A stretch of 58,965 nt of DNA, the filler included. It is 7 parts of 7 records of this genome, joined end to end, with 100 filler letters (N's around TTAATTAATTAA, not from the genome) between each part and the next. Parts side by side here need not be neighbours in the genome. Positions count along the whole stretch, not along the records: positions 21,609 to 29,475 come from SRR31147125_26766; positions 29,576 to 36,313 come from SRR31147125_26767; 5 more parts are not named here. One strand, written 5' to 3'. The translations under genes and the position numbers were made by a program. This document shows positions 21,609 to 32,092 of this stretch, piece after piece. The first letter of the stretch is position 1; each line of letters opens with the position of its first letter. The notes under the pieces were generated by a model, which saw only the letters and a program-made list of their open reading frames with translations, did not search any database and was not told the DNA's origin.

Positions 21609-22471
21609 CATAGGCGTACGAATTTCGTGACTCATATTTGCTAAGAATGCGGTTTTCAACCTGTCACTTTCTTCTGCTTTATGAATGGCTTCAAGAAGCT
21701 GTTCTTCTGCTGTTTTTCTTGAATCTATTTCTGTATTCAGTATTTCGTTTCTTTTTTCCAGAAGTTGTGTGCGTTCGGTAACAATGCTTTCAAGGTTCTC
21801 GTTAATTTGTTGAATTTCATTCTGTTTTGTCGATAAGAGTAGGCGTTGATGAAACTCCTTTCGTTCCATTAATTTGCTTTTATACAGAGCCGCCAATGCA
21901 ATTACATTTGCAGAAAGAAAAAATGCGTTACTTGTTAGTAGCTGAGCGGTGTTTAAGTATTCTGAAAAACTATTTATAGAGGCCCCAATATTAAATGCAA
22001 GAAGGATTAATATTATGGAATTACAGCCCACAAAAAGTGAAGGTGAATAAAGAAATAGCCGGCAATAAATATCAGGAATAATCCTCCGTAGTAGAAAATA
22101 TTTTCCGGATTTTTTAGTAGCATATATGTAATTCCCACTCCTGCAATAACATAGCAGGCACCAATGAGCAGCTGCCAGTAGTTACGGAACCTACTTAGAA
22201 AAGATAGAACAAGTACGAAAAATAATACTGGAACAACAATTGCGTAACGTATTAAATAGAATTCATTTACAAATTCTTTTGAGGTATAAACATCGAGTAT
22301 ACCAAATAATGCATACAGCAGAGTTACTATAATAAATGATAATCGAAAAGAGCCGATTGATTTGTCAAAATACTCTTGTCTAAATTGCTCTTCAATTTGT
22401 CTGTCATTAAAAAATAATGTCAGGCGATTAATATTTAAATCGCTAAGTTTAGTGTTTTTATCTTCCCTCAT
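21609..22471 (-). CDS. Membrane sensor histidine kinase, N-terminal part (frameshift near 22020; 3' truncated)
   Basis: Multi-TM N-terminus, coiled coil, and H-box [23 protein letters not shown] at the contig edge. Confidence 0.85.
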
Positions 22472-22613
22472 GTGTTTGCCCCGACTAAAAAATGGCACGT
22501 ATCCTAATTTTGGTATACGTTTGTCTTATCCCAACTTTTCAGTTGAAAAGTAGTAAATAAAATAGTAATTCCAAAATATTGACAGTAAGTGTTTTGTGTA
22601 GATAAAGATTTGC

Positions 22614-23798
22614 TTAGGGCCAAAGCGTATTTATATCAATATTAATATAATCAATTCGCTTAATGTAAATTTCAAAATCAGTTAATTCCTTACCACGTAC
22701 TTCAAAAATGGCTTTAAAATTGTCGCTGGGGAAATTGGCTGTAAGTTTTTCGAGTTGTTTTAAGTTTTCTGTATTTGTTAAATGTTTTACAGTAGCAATA
22801 TTTCCCATATCGGTATTACACATTAAGGCCATAACGGTTCTGCCATCGCTTGTTTTAAAATGGATTAACGATGCAAATTCTTTATTTAGAAATTCTTCGC
22901 TATGAGGATTATAAACAATTGTTGAGTCGTTTACCGAATATTCTACTGTTGAATTACCAAAAACGAATTTAATGCCTATTTCTTCAAAAATGTCTTTTAA
23001 AATGCTCTGTGTTTTATAAGAGCCAATAAATAAGGTATTACTGTTTTTTAGGTGTTCCCATGTTAGTTCGCTCGAATAAAGCATCTCTGTTTCTATATGC
23101 CCCCCGCCAAGAAAACTTAAAATATGATGCATCCCAAAAGGCGCTTGTTTGTTAATATAGGTCTGTTCTGTTTTTCTTAAATCGTTTGCTACCTCCGGGC
23201 TCCTTTCCAGCATCTCATCGAAATCGTTATCAGAATTAATTTCGGTAAAGCGGGTGCTCGACATATTGCCAAAAACATTTCGCTGGTTAACAAAATAATG
23301 ATCGCCCAATACAATTAAAAGTTTATTTTTCGATTTGTAAATTTCATTCCAAATAAAATTTTTCGAAATTTCAGGACGCCGGTTACCCGGGAAAAAAGAA
23401 ATGGAGAATATAAACAGCAGAATACTTGCACCAAGCGCATATGGGGCAATCTTTGCAATTTTCGATTGATAAATGATTTTTCGATTTGTTGTAATTTCAA
23501 CATCGTAACCGCCTTTGGGGATTGAAAAAATCAGTTCGTCGCCCTGGCCTTCTTTCTCGTAATATTCTGTTAGTTTCTTGCGAAGATTATGAACATAGAT
23601 ACGAATATTTTTTTCTTTTTCCTGGTTTTTCGATTTCCCGAAAACTTCGTAGGCAATTTCAATTTCTTTGGGCGACTCCCCATGAATTGATTGTTCAACC
23701 AAGTAAGAAAGCAGTTCTTTTAACACAACAGACTTGGAGAAACACTGACTCTCTTTTACTTTAATGAGAAATTTGCGTATTGTATTATACCTCGACAT
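22614..23798 (-). CDS. Putative membrane-anchored one-component regulator (N-terminal winged-helix-like domain, single TM, periplasmic domain)
   Basis: LLSYLVE...EIEIAYEVFG...IRIYVHNLRKKLTEYY...IPKGGY, then a TM helix. Divergent from the Gfo/GH92/GH78 genes. Confidence 0.65.
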   Translation of the reverse strand: MSRYNTIRKFLIKVKESQCFSKSVVLKELLSYLVEQSIHGESPKEIEIAYEVFGKSKNQEKEKNIRIYVHNLRKKLTEYYEKEGQGDELIFSIPKGGYDVEITTNRKIIYQSKIAKIAPYALGASILLFIFSISFFPGNRRPEISKNFIWNEIYKSKNKLLIVLGDHYFVNQRNVFGNMSSTRFTEINSDNDFDEMLERSPEVANDLRKTEQTYINKQAPFGMHHILSFLGGGHIETEMLYSSELTWEHLKNSNTLFIGSYKTQSILKDIFEEIGIKFVFGNSTVEYSVNDSTIVYNPHSEEFLNKEFASLIHFKTSDGRTVMALMCNTDMGNIATVKHLTNTENLKQLEKLTANFPSDNFKAIFEVRGKELTDFEIYIKRIDYINIDINTLWP

Positions 23799-23948
23799 TA
23801 ACTGGTTGATAGTTAGTTTTGTTAATCGCAATGTTAACACAAGTTTTACATTAAAACAAGCAAAATCGTGTACGACAACGGCATTTTTTAATTAGCTTTA
23901 ATGACAATTGTATCTAACTAAGTAATTTAACATTAACAAATTTAAGAT

Positions 23949-25352
23949 ATGCAAGACAGACGAAAATTTTTAGCAACAATTGGAACAATAGCAGCAGGAG
24001 CTGTAGTTACAAATCCTTTAAAAGCAGCTGTACTTTCGGAAGGAAAAAAACTTAAGCTTGTACTGGTTGGGACAGGCGTGCGTGGAAACGGTTTTTGGGG
24101 TAAACGCTTATTAGAAGCGTATGATGATATTTTAGAGTTTGTGGCATTGGTCGACCATAATCCGGGTAGGTTGGAGTATGCCGCAAAATATATTGGTGTA
24201 GGTAAAGATTGTGGATTATACACTTCATTCGACGAAATGATTAAAAATCAGAAACCCGACCTTATAATAATTACTACACCCGATGCAACTCATCATCAGT
24301 ACGTTATTAAGACATTGGAAAATGGCATTGATGTGTTGACTGAAAAGCCAATGACAACCGACGAAGATAAATGTCAGGCGATTTTAGATGCCGAACGAAG
24401 ATATAAACGAAAAGTTATTGTTGGATTTAACTACCGCTGGAGTCCGTATTGCACAAAGATTAAAGAAATGCTGTCGAATAAAGCAATTGGTGATGTTGTT
24501 TCTGTTGAGTTTTCGTGGATGTTGAATACGGACCACGGAGCATCTTATTTTCGCCGCTGGCACGGGCAGCGCGAACATAGCGGAACTTTATTGGTGCATA
24601 AATCAACGCACCATTTCGATTTAATAAACTGGTGGTTAGATTCTGATCCGGAAGAGGTTTTTGCACATGGCGACCTTGAATTTTACGGAAATCGCCCTGA
24701 GAAAAAGGGTGTGAATTGCCGTAACTGTAACGAAAAAAGTTCGTGCAAATTTTACTGGGACATTACCAAAAGCAAAGGCGATTATGAGCGCTATGCGTTG
24801 AACGAAAAACACGATGGCTACATTCGCGATAATTGTTTGTTCCGCCCTGAAATTAATATTTACGATAAAATGAATGTGAATATAAAATATGCCAACAATG
24901 TTTATGTAAATTATATGCTAACAACCTACTCACCTTGGGAAGGATGGCGTGTAGCATTTAACGGAACAGAAGGCCGTTTAGAAGCTTTCCTCGATGTGCC
25001 TTATCTCGATTCTGAAAAGTTATCGCAGGAAGCACTGCATGCTCAGGAAATGAAACAAGAAGATGGCGAAGGAGGTTCTTTAAAACCAATTATCCTGCAC
25101 AAACTTTGGAACAAACAAGAAACGGTTAATGTTACATATAGCCGTTATGGTCATGGTGGTGGCGATGTTCGACTGCACGATCAAATTTTCAAGAATCCTG
25201 AAAGAGAGGACATTCATAAACACATGGCAGGTACACGCGATGGCGCAATGTCGGTTCTTATTGGTGTTGCAGCCCGCAACAGTATTGAAAGTGGTCAGAA
25301 AGTTCCAATTGGAAGTTTAACTACTCTTAAGCCAAGGGCAAAAAGAATATAA
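23949..25352 (+). CDS. Gfo/Idh/MocA oxidoreductase with Tat signal
   Basis: DRRKFL signal, VGTGVRG, TEKPM, GFNYR, YFRRWH, HKSTHHFD, GHGGGD. Confidence 0.92.
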   Translation: MQDRRKFLATIGTIAAGAVVTNPLKAAVLSEGKKLKLVLVGTGVRGNGFWGKRLLEAYDDILEFVALVDHNPGRLEYAAKYIGVGKDCGLYTSFDEMIKNQKPDLIIITTPDATHHQYVIKTLENGIDVLTEKPMTTDEDKCQAILDAERRYKRKVIVGFNYRWSPYCTKIKEMLSNKAIGDVVSVEFSWMLNTDHGASYFRRWHGQREHSGTLLVHKSTHHFDLINWWLDSDPEEVFAHGDLEFYGNRPEKKGVNCRNCNEKSSCKFYWDITKSKGDYERYALNEKHDGYIRDNCLFRPEINIYDKMNVNIKYANNVYVNYMLTTYSPWEGWRVAFNGTEGRLEAFLDVPYLDSEKLSQEALHAQEMKQEDGEGGSLKPIILHKLWNKQETVNVTYSRYGHGGGDVRLHDQIFKNPEREDIHKHMAGTRDGAMSVLIGVAARNSIESGQKVPIGSLTTLKPRAKRI

Positions 25353-25371
25353 AATTCTGTTAGGTGTATGA

Positions 25372-25409
25372 AAAAACGGATGCTGAAATATTTTTGGTAC
25401 CGTTTTTCC
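25372..25409 (+). terminator. Possible terminator/attenuator hairpin
   Basis: AAAAACGG...CCGTTTTT inverted repeat just after the stop. Confidence 0.4.
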
Positions 25410-25458
25410 TGCTATTTTTATACATAATATTTTATAATCACTATTTACTTATTCCAAT

Positions 25459-27807
25459 ATGATACGAATTAAAAATTACCAGCTACTACTTCTATTGGCT
25501 TCTATTCTGGCTTTTTCAAGTTGTAAACAAACCGATGTTTCAGTAAAACCAACATCTTTAGTCAATCCTTTTACTGATACGCATAAATCGCGCTGGTTCT
25601 TTTTTTCGTCGGCTACCAGGCCTTTCGGAATGGTAAATCTTAGTCCCGATACCAGAACAAAAGGAAGCTGGAATTCGGGGTATTTATACGATTCGTTAAC
25701 GGTTCGTTGTTTTAGCCACGTTCATGCCTGGCAAATGTCGGGTATTCCGGTAATGCCAACAACGGGCGAATTTAAAGGACATCTTGGAATGGATGCCTAC
25801 CAATCTTCATTCTCGCACAATACAGAAATTGCAAAACCGGGTTACCATAAAGTTGTTCTCAATGATTACAATATTACAGCCGAACTAACTTCTACAACCC
25901 GTGTTGGATTTCATCGCTACCAATTTCCTGAGAATAAAGAAGGCTACGTAATTTTTGATACCGGAGCATTCCTTGCCCACTCTAAAATGGATTCGTCGGA
26001 GGTAGTAAAAATAAGCGATACCGAAATTGCCGGTTTTAGTTTAATGGGACGAACCGGTAGGCGGCCAAAACCAACCTACATTTATTTTGTGGCTCGTTTT
26101 AACCAGCCCATTACTGAATTTGGTGGCTGGATTGATGGAAAATTATTAGATAAAGACGTTGAAAAGGTATCGGCAGAAAATGCGGGTGCATTCGTAAAAT
26201 TTGGAAAACAAAGTAAAGAACCTGTGTTGATGAAGGTTGCCATTTCGTATACCAGTGTAGAACAGGCGCGGCTTAATCTTGATACCGAACTAAGCCACTG
26301 GAATTTCGACCAGGTAGTGCAGGAAGCGGATGATGACTGGAACCGCTGGTTGGAAAAAATTGAAATAAAAGGCGGCACCGAAAAGCAACAGGTGAAATTT
26401 TATACCGATTTGTGGCATTCGTTGCAAGGAAGGCGAATTGTGAGCGATGTTGATGGAAAATATTGCGATATGACCGGCGAGAAACCGGAAATAAGACAAG
26501 TGGCACTCGATGAAAATGGAAGGCCCAAACACCGCCAGTATAATTTCGATGCATGGTGGGGAAGCCACTGGACTTTAAACGTGTTGTGGTCGATGGTTTA
26601 CCCGGAAATGATGGATGAATTTTGTAACAGTATGGTTGAGATGTACAACCACGGTGGATTGATACCCCGTGGCCCGTCGGGAGGAAATTACACCTACGTT
26701 ATGATTGGCGATCCGGCATCGTCGTTTTTTGCCACCGCATACAACAAAGGAATACGAAATTACGATATTAATAAGGCTTACGAAGGATTGCTGAAAAATG
26801 CTTTTGTTGGCGGAATCCGCGACCGAGCCGGTTACGAACACCGCGACAATCCGCAAGGTGGTGGAATGAATTTTTACGTTGAAAGAGCTTACGTGCCGGA
26901 ACATATTAAAGGTCCGGGTGGGCACAAAGACGGAGCCTCGATGACCATGGAATATGCGTACCAAGATTGGTGTGTAGCGCAATTGGCAAAGGCTTTGGGA
27001 AACGAAGACGATTATAACTTCTTCGAAGAACGCTCGAAAAGTTATAAGAACCTATGGAATCCGGAAACGAAGTTTATTCACCCAAAAATGCAGGATGGAA
27101 GCTGGATTGAAGATTTTCAACCCATTGGCGACGGATTTAATACCCTTGGTTTTTGCGAAAGTAACTCGGCTATTTATACCAATTTTGTACCTCACGATTT
27201 GCCCGGTTTAATTGAACTGTTTGGTGGGGAAGAAAAATATACACAATTCCTCGATTCTTGTTTTATAAAAGCTGCTCCGAAAAAATACATTACCGATCAT
27301 GGTAAACATGCACAAAACTGGGTAGATTACGAAAATCAGCCTGCCTGTCAAATGGCACACTTATTTAATTACAGCGGCGCTCCGTGGCTTTCGCAAAAAT
27401 GGGTGCGCGTAGTTAAAGAAGTTACTTTTGGCGATACTTCTCCATACGGTGGTTATAACGGCGACGAAGACCAGGGGCAAATGGGAGCATTAGGTGTGTT
27501 AATGTCAATCGGGCTTTTTCAAATGGATGGAGGGTGCTCGGTTGATTCGAAATACGATATAACCACTCCTATTTTTGATGAAGTAAAAATTCATCTCAAT
27601 AAAAAATATTATTCGGGAGATACTTTTACAATAAAAGCACAAAATAATTCTGTTGCAAATATGTATATTCAGTCGGCTAAACTAAATGGAAAAGAATGGA
27701 ATAGCTTCCAGTTTTTACATGAAAATTTTGCAAAGGGAGGAAAATTGGAACTGGAATTAGGAAGTATGCCCAATAAAAAGTGGGGAACAGCAGATTCTAG
27801 AAAATAA
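25459..27807 (+). CDS. GH92 alpha-mannosidase-family lipoprotein
   Basis: Lipobox FSSC, PFGMVNLSPDT, TAELTSTTRVGFHRY, FYTDLWH, TMEYAYQDW, ENQP, GDEDQGQM. Confidence 0.93.
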   Translation: MIRIKNYQLLLLLASILAFSSCKQTDVSVKPTSLVNPFTDTHKSRWFFFSSATRPFGMVNLSPDTRTKGSWNSGYLYDSLTVRCFSHVHAWQMSGIPVMPTTGEFKGHLGMDAYQSSFSHNTEIAKPGYHKVVLNDYNITAELTSTTRVGFHRYQFPENKEGYVIFDTGAFLAHSKMDSSEVVKISDTEIAGFSLMGRTGRRPKPTYIYFVARFNQPITEFGGWIDGKLLDKDVEKVSAENAGAFVKFGKQSKEPVLMKVAISYTSVEQARLNLDTELSHWNFDQVVQEADDDWNRWLEKIEIKGGTEKQQVKFYTDLWHSLQGRRIVSDVDGKYCDMTGEKPEIRQVALDENGRPKHRQYNFDAWWGSHWTLNVLWSMVYPEMMDEFCNSMVEMYNHGGLIPRGPSGGNYTYVMIGDPASSFFATAYNKGIRNYDINKAYEGLLKNAFVGGIRDRAGYEHRDNPQGGGMNFYVERAYVPEHIKGPGGHKDGASMTMEYAYQDWCVAQLAKALGNEDDYNFFEERSKSYKNLWNPETKFIHPKMQDGSWIEDFQPIGDGFNTLGFCESNSAIYTNFVPHDLPGLIELFGGEEKYTQFLDSCFIKAAPKKYITDHGKHAQNWVDYENQPACQMAHLFNYSGAPWLSQKWVRVVKEVTFGDTSPYGGYNGDEDQGQMGALGVLMSIGLFQMDGGCSVDSKYDITTPIFDEVKIHLNKKYYSGDTFTIKAQNNSVANMYIQSAKLNGKEWNSFQFLHENFAKGGKLELELGSMPNKKWGTADSRK

Positions 27808-27975
27808 TATTTCCTTAATTCTAGCGAGCGAACTAAATAACGGATGTGAAAATTAGTGATGACTAATTTTTCATTCCCGAATTAAAATACGGGAATAGAA
27901 TTGCGTTTGATTTCGATTAGCTAAAATATTATAAAGAGTTAACTGCGAAAGCGGTTACCGCTAAAATAACTAACT

Positions 27976-29475
27976 ATGCCTAAAACTAAAACCGTCATTT
28001 TTTTAGTACTACTATTGTCCTCGTTCTGTGTTTTTGCTCAAATACAAGTAGTTCCTGTAAACTTAAAATGCGAGTATTTGGTTAATCCGCTTGGAATTGA
28101 TTCTCCAACGTCACGATTTACCTGGCAACTTTCCGATTCGAGAATGGGAGCTAAACAAACAGGTTTTCAATTGTTTGTGGGTACCGATTCTTTGGACGTA
28201 GTTTCGGGGAAAGGGAATTGTTGGGATTTTGAAAACAAATCAGCAGAGTTTGCTCTCGTTAGCTATGCCGGGAAACAGCTAGCTCCATATACAAAATATT
28301 TCTGGGCAGTTCAGGTGCTTGATAAGGAGGGCAAAAAATCAGAAATTTCAGAAGTGGCTTCTTTTCGAACCGGAATGATGGAAATGAAAAACTGGCAAGG
28401 GCACTGGATTACTGATACCCGCGATGTAAATCTTCGTCCTGCTCCTTATTTTCGGCAAGAATTTCAGATTAACAAGAAAATAAAATCGGCACAGGCATAC
28501 ATTGCAGTGGGTGGTTTGTACGAACTTTTTATAAATGGGAAACGCGTTGGCGACCATCAGCTCGACCCTACTTATACACGTTTCGACCGCCGGAATTTGT
28601 ATCAGGCTTACGATGTTACCGATTTGGTTTCAACAGAAAACTGTATCGGCGTAAGTTTAGGAAATGGTTGGTACAATCATCAGTCAACGGCTGTGTGGTT
28701 TTTCGATGAAGCACCCTGGCGCGCACGTCCTAAATTTTGTCTCGATTTGAAAGTTTTTTATGAAGATGGAAGCTGCGAAACTGTTTCTTCGGGAATAGAG
28801 TGGAAAACATCTACCGGGCCAATTATCAGCAACAGTATTTATACTGCCGAACATTACGATGCCAACAAAGAAATAACCGGCTGGAATAAGGCTGGCTTCG
28901 ATGATTCAAAATGGGGAAATAGTATTGCAACACCTGCTCCGTCGCAGAATATTGTTTCGCAAACTTTGCACCCTATCCGCCACACGGCAGAAGTAGAGGT
29001 TATTGATTTTCGCAAAATTAGTGAGCAGAAATACATTTATAAACTGGAAAAGAATATTGCCGGAATTTCAAAAATTACTTTAAAAGGAAACTCTGGAACT
29101 GTAGTACGTTTGAAGCACTCCGAAATGTTGGATGAGGATGGCGAAATCGACCAATCTAATATTGTAAGGCATTATCGTCCAACCGACGGCAGCGACCCAT
29201 TTCAAACCGATATTTTTATTTTGAGCGGAAGGGGAGAGGAAACCTTTTTCCCGCGGTTTAATTATAAAGGATTTCAATATGTTGAGGTAACAAGTACAAC
29301 ACCAATAGAACTCGATAAAAACAGTTTGGTGGGAATTGAAATGCACAACGATGTGCCGGCAGTTGGGAGTATTCGCAGTTCGAACGAAACCTTAAATAAA
29401 ATCTGGCAGGCGACAAACAGTTCGTACCTGGCTAATTTATATGGCTATCCAACCGATTGTCCGCAACGCGAAAAA
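27976..29475 (+). CDS. Alpha-L-rhamnosidase, GH78 (3' truncated)
   Basis: LKCEYLVNPLGID, GLYELFING, LGNGWY, EHYDA, PRFNYKGFQYVEV, PTDCPQREK. Confidence 0.92.
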
Positions 29476-29575
29476 NNNNNNNNNNNNNNNNNNNNNNNNN
29501 NNNNNNNNNNNNNNNNNNNTTAATTAATTAANNNNNNNNNNNNNNNNNNNNNNNNNNNNNNNNNNNNNNNNNNNN
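29476..29575. other. Artificial contig spacer
   Basis: N44-TTAATTAATTAA-N44. Confidence 0.99.
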
Positions 29576-29833
29576 CCTTTATCAACCAATGAAGATGAGT
29601 CACTTGTTCAATTTGTATATGACGTTTGTGGTATAGATAGAGTTAAAGGTAGCTTTCCTGTAGCATTGCCATATTTAACTGAAGGATCTGTATTGCAACA
29701 TTTTTACGATGGTGTACCAACCATTATTTTAGGACCAGGTCAATCAGAAATGGCTCACAAAACCGACGAATTTTGTTATATAAATAAATTAGAAGAGGCT
29801 TTAATGATTTATAAAGAAATAATTTTAGGGTGA
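29576..29833 (+). CDS. C-terminal end of an M20-family metallopeptidase (ArgE/DapE-like); not in ORF track
   Basis: Manual translation: ...LPYLTEGSVL...VPTIILGPGQSEMAHKTDEFCYINKLEEALMIYKEIILG*. Confidence 0.85.
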   Translation, partial: PLSTNEDESLVQFVYDVCGIDRVKGSFPVALPYLTEGSVLQHFYDGVPTIILGPGQSEMAHKTDEFCYINKLEEALMIYKEIILG

Positions 29834-29890
29834 ATACAATAGCTTCGTTTATTTTACAACTTGGCATAAATTAGTACATTGTGTATATAA

Positions 29891-30925
29891 CTAGAAAGAA
29901 GTTCTTCGAATCATTCGGAATGGATTTTTAATTTTATTCTTTTCTTTATTTAGAATCATATTAGCAATCTTTTCTCCCATATAATTGAAATCAGTGCTTA
30001 TTACCGTAATGCCTTCAGCTAGAACTTCTTTTAGTACCGTTTCATTGTATGAAATTATACCAATCTTAGATCCGATTGAAAGATTCTTCTCTCTACATAT
30101 TTTTATAAAATCAACCAAGTCGTCATCATCAATAATAATGTAAAGTTCATTTTCTTTAGGTACTATTTGTGATGTGCCAAGGATTACATCATGTTCCAAT
30201 TGATATTGTGACGTGAATGTCTCAAATCCATTAATGATCTCAAAATTTGACATAGGCTCAAGTGGGAAAATCAGGATTATTCGATCAAACCCTCTTATTT
30301 TATCCAACACTTTAACCAGCGCGTTCTGTATGTCATTTTCAAAATCTTCATAAATGACAGGGCATGGCTGATTTATAAAAGGAGCATCTTTGTTTACAAG
30401 TACTAGTTTATCATTAGGAATAAGCTTGAAAATATCGATTAATTTCTGGTCATATTTGAAGAAGAATGGCATAACTACATAGTAATCATATGCACCTAGG
30501 TTTGTTTTAATGATATTTTCAAATCTCTGTGAATCATAATTATGCACATGAAGATCAATTATTGCCTGAATATTCATGGCATTCATAAAAGCATTGTAGA
30601 TAACCTTTTTATATGCTGTGAGTTTATTAAATACCAATAAAATACGGAGGGGGGCATCATCGTATTTCGCTTTTATAAAGAAGCCTTTGCCAGGAACAGA
30701 TTCAATAATTCCTCGATCTCGCAGTTCAATATAAGCCCGTTGAACGGTATCTTTTGATAATAAAAATTCGAAACTTAAATCATTCAATGATGGAAGTTGA
30801 TCTCCAATTTTAAGCAGGTCTTCAGCAACCCCATTAACTACAGAGTCTACAATTTGCTTGTACTTAGGGTTTTTGTTCCTGTTGTCTATTTTGAAAATGT
30901 GTGTTTTTTTGTCTAAATTGCTCAT
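29891..30925 (-). CDS. GntR-family regulator with C-terminal substrate-binding-like domain (Bacteroides FucR-like architecture)
   Basis: PKYKQIV...GDQLPSLN...SKDTVQRAY..L...GIIESVPGKGFF; C-terminal IGIISYNETVLKE...ITVISTDF. Confidence 0.9.
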   Translation of the reverse strand: MSNLDKKTHIFKIDNRNKNPKYKQIVDSVVNGVAEDLLKIGDQLPSLNDLSFEFLLSKDTVQRAYIELRDRGIIESVPGKGFFIKAKYDDAPLRILLVFNKLTAYKKVIYNAFMNAMNIQAIIDLHVHNYDSQRFENIIKTNLGAYDYYVVMPFFFKYDQKLIDIFKLIPNDKLVLVNKDAPFINQPCPVIYEDFENDIQNALVKVLDKIRGFDRIILIFPLEPMSNFEIINGFETFTSQYQLEHDVILGTSQIVPKENELYIIIDDDDLVDFIKICREKNLSIGSKIGIISYNETVLKEVLAEGITVISTDFNYMGEKIANMILNKEKNKIKNPFRMIRRTSF

Positions 30926-30927
30926 GA

Positions 30928-30973
30928 TCAGTACAGTTCAGTACGGTTGGTCAGACTTCATTTTCTAAATTTG
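30928..30973 (+). promoter_or_regulatory. Candidate operator (TCAGTAC direct repeats) and Bacteroidetes -7 promoter box
   Basis: TCAGTAC at 30928 and 30938 (10-bp period), TCAGACT at 30951, TAAATTTG at 30966-30973. Confidence 0.5.
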
Positions 30974-31057
30974 AATATACAAAAATGATGTGTAATAATC
31001 ATTGTTTTGTGACACCAAATAGCTCAGGAATTAATTCTGAACTATCTAAATTTTTTT

Positions 31058-32092
31058 ATGAAAGCGCTTGTATTGGTTCAGAACAAAATACTTTCTTATC
31101 AAGAGGTTGAAAAACCTAAAATTGAAAATGCAGGAGAATTACTTGTGCGTGTAAAAGCGAGTGGTATTTGTGGTTCTGATATTGGACGAGGATTTGGCGG
31201 AAAAGCATATCATTACCCTCTAATTATGGGGCATGAGTTTTCGGGTATTGTTGAGGAATCATTTGTAGGAAGTAAATATAGGAATGGAGATCGGGTGGCT
31301 GTTTTTCCGCTTTTACCTTGCTATAAATGTGAAGCATGCCAGACAGGTGATTTTGCTCATTGCTTCAAATATGATTATTACGGTTCACGTCGTGATGGTG
31401 GTTTTGCTGAATATGTCGTTGTTCCTGAATCGAATCTTTTTCCTATTCCTGATCATGTTAATATACTTCATGCAGCAATGACAGAACCAGCAGCAGTAGC
31501 ACTTCATGGTGTTCGGCAGGCAACAATTAAAGTTGGATCAACAGGAGTGGTTTATGGTTGTGGCCCAATTGGTAATCTAACAGCTCAGTGGCTTAGGATT
31601 TCAGGATGCGCTAAAGTCATAGTTGTTGATATTGATGCTGAAAAACTTACTATTGCTGAGCAAATGGGGTTTGAAACGGTCAATAGCAGAGAACAAGATC
31701 CTGTGGAGACAATAATGATGCTGACCAAAGGTAAAGGAGCACATATTGCGATTGAAGCAGTGGGAAATCCAGTAACCTTTTTGCAAGCCATTCGGTCTGT
31801 TGGAAGAATGGGACAAGTCGTTTTTATGGGGAATATTAATGGTACGTTTAAAATAGAGGAAAAGGATTTTTCGAATCTGCTCCGGAAAGAAATTAAAATC
31901 TATGGAACATGGAATAGTAAAATTGTTCCAGATGGAGTTGATGATTGGTCTACGGTATTAGAAATGATGGATAAGGAACTGGTTGTTGCCCCACTGATAA
32001 GTCATACTCCTGATTTGAATGAAGGCATGCAGGTTTTTAATGCTATCGTGCATAAAGAATTAATATTTAATAAAGTAATATTTAAAATGTAG
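31058..32092 (+). CDS. Zinc-dependent polyol(-phosphate) dehydrogenase, galactitol-1-phosphate 5-dehydrogenase-like
   Basis: GICGSD, MGHEFSG, PCYKCEACQTGDFAHC, TEPAAVALH, GCGPIG. Confidence 0.88.
   Translation: MKALVLVQNKILSYQEVEKPKIENAGELLVRVKASGICGSDIGRGFGGKAYHYPLIMGHEFSGIVEESFVGSKYRNGDRVAVFPLLPCYKCEACQTGDFAHCFKYDYYGSRRDGGFAEYVVVPESNLFPIPDHVNILHAAMTEPAAVALHGVRQATIKVGSTGVVYGCGPIGNLTAQWLRISGCAKVIVVDIDAEKLTIAEQMGFETVNSREQDPVETIMMLTKGKGAHIAIEAVGNPVTFLQAIRSVGRMGQVVFMGNINGTFKIEEKDFSNLLRKEIKIYGTWNSKIVPDGVDDWSTVLEMMDKELVVAPLISHTPDLNEGMQVFNAIVHKELIFNKVIFKM

Noticed and set aside
27845-27897. Two adjacent AT-rich hairpins between GH92 and GH78
   Set aside because: No second copy or recognisable motif; likely ordinary stability or termination stems.
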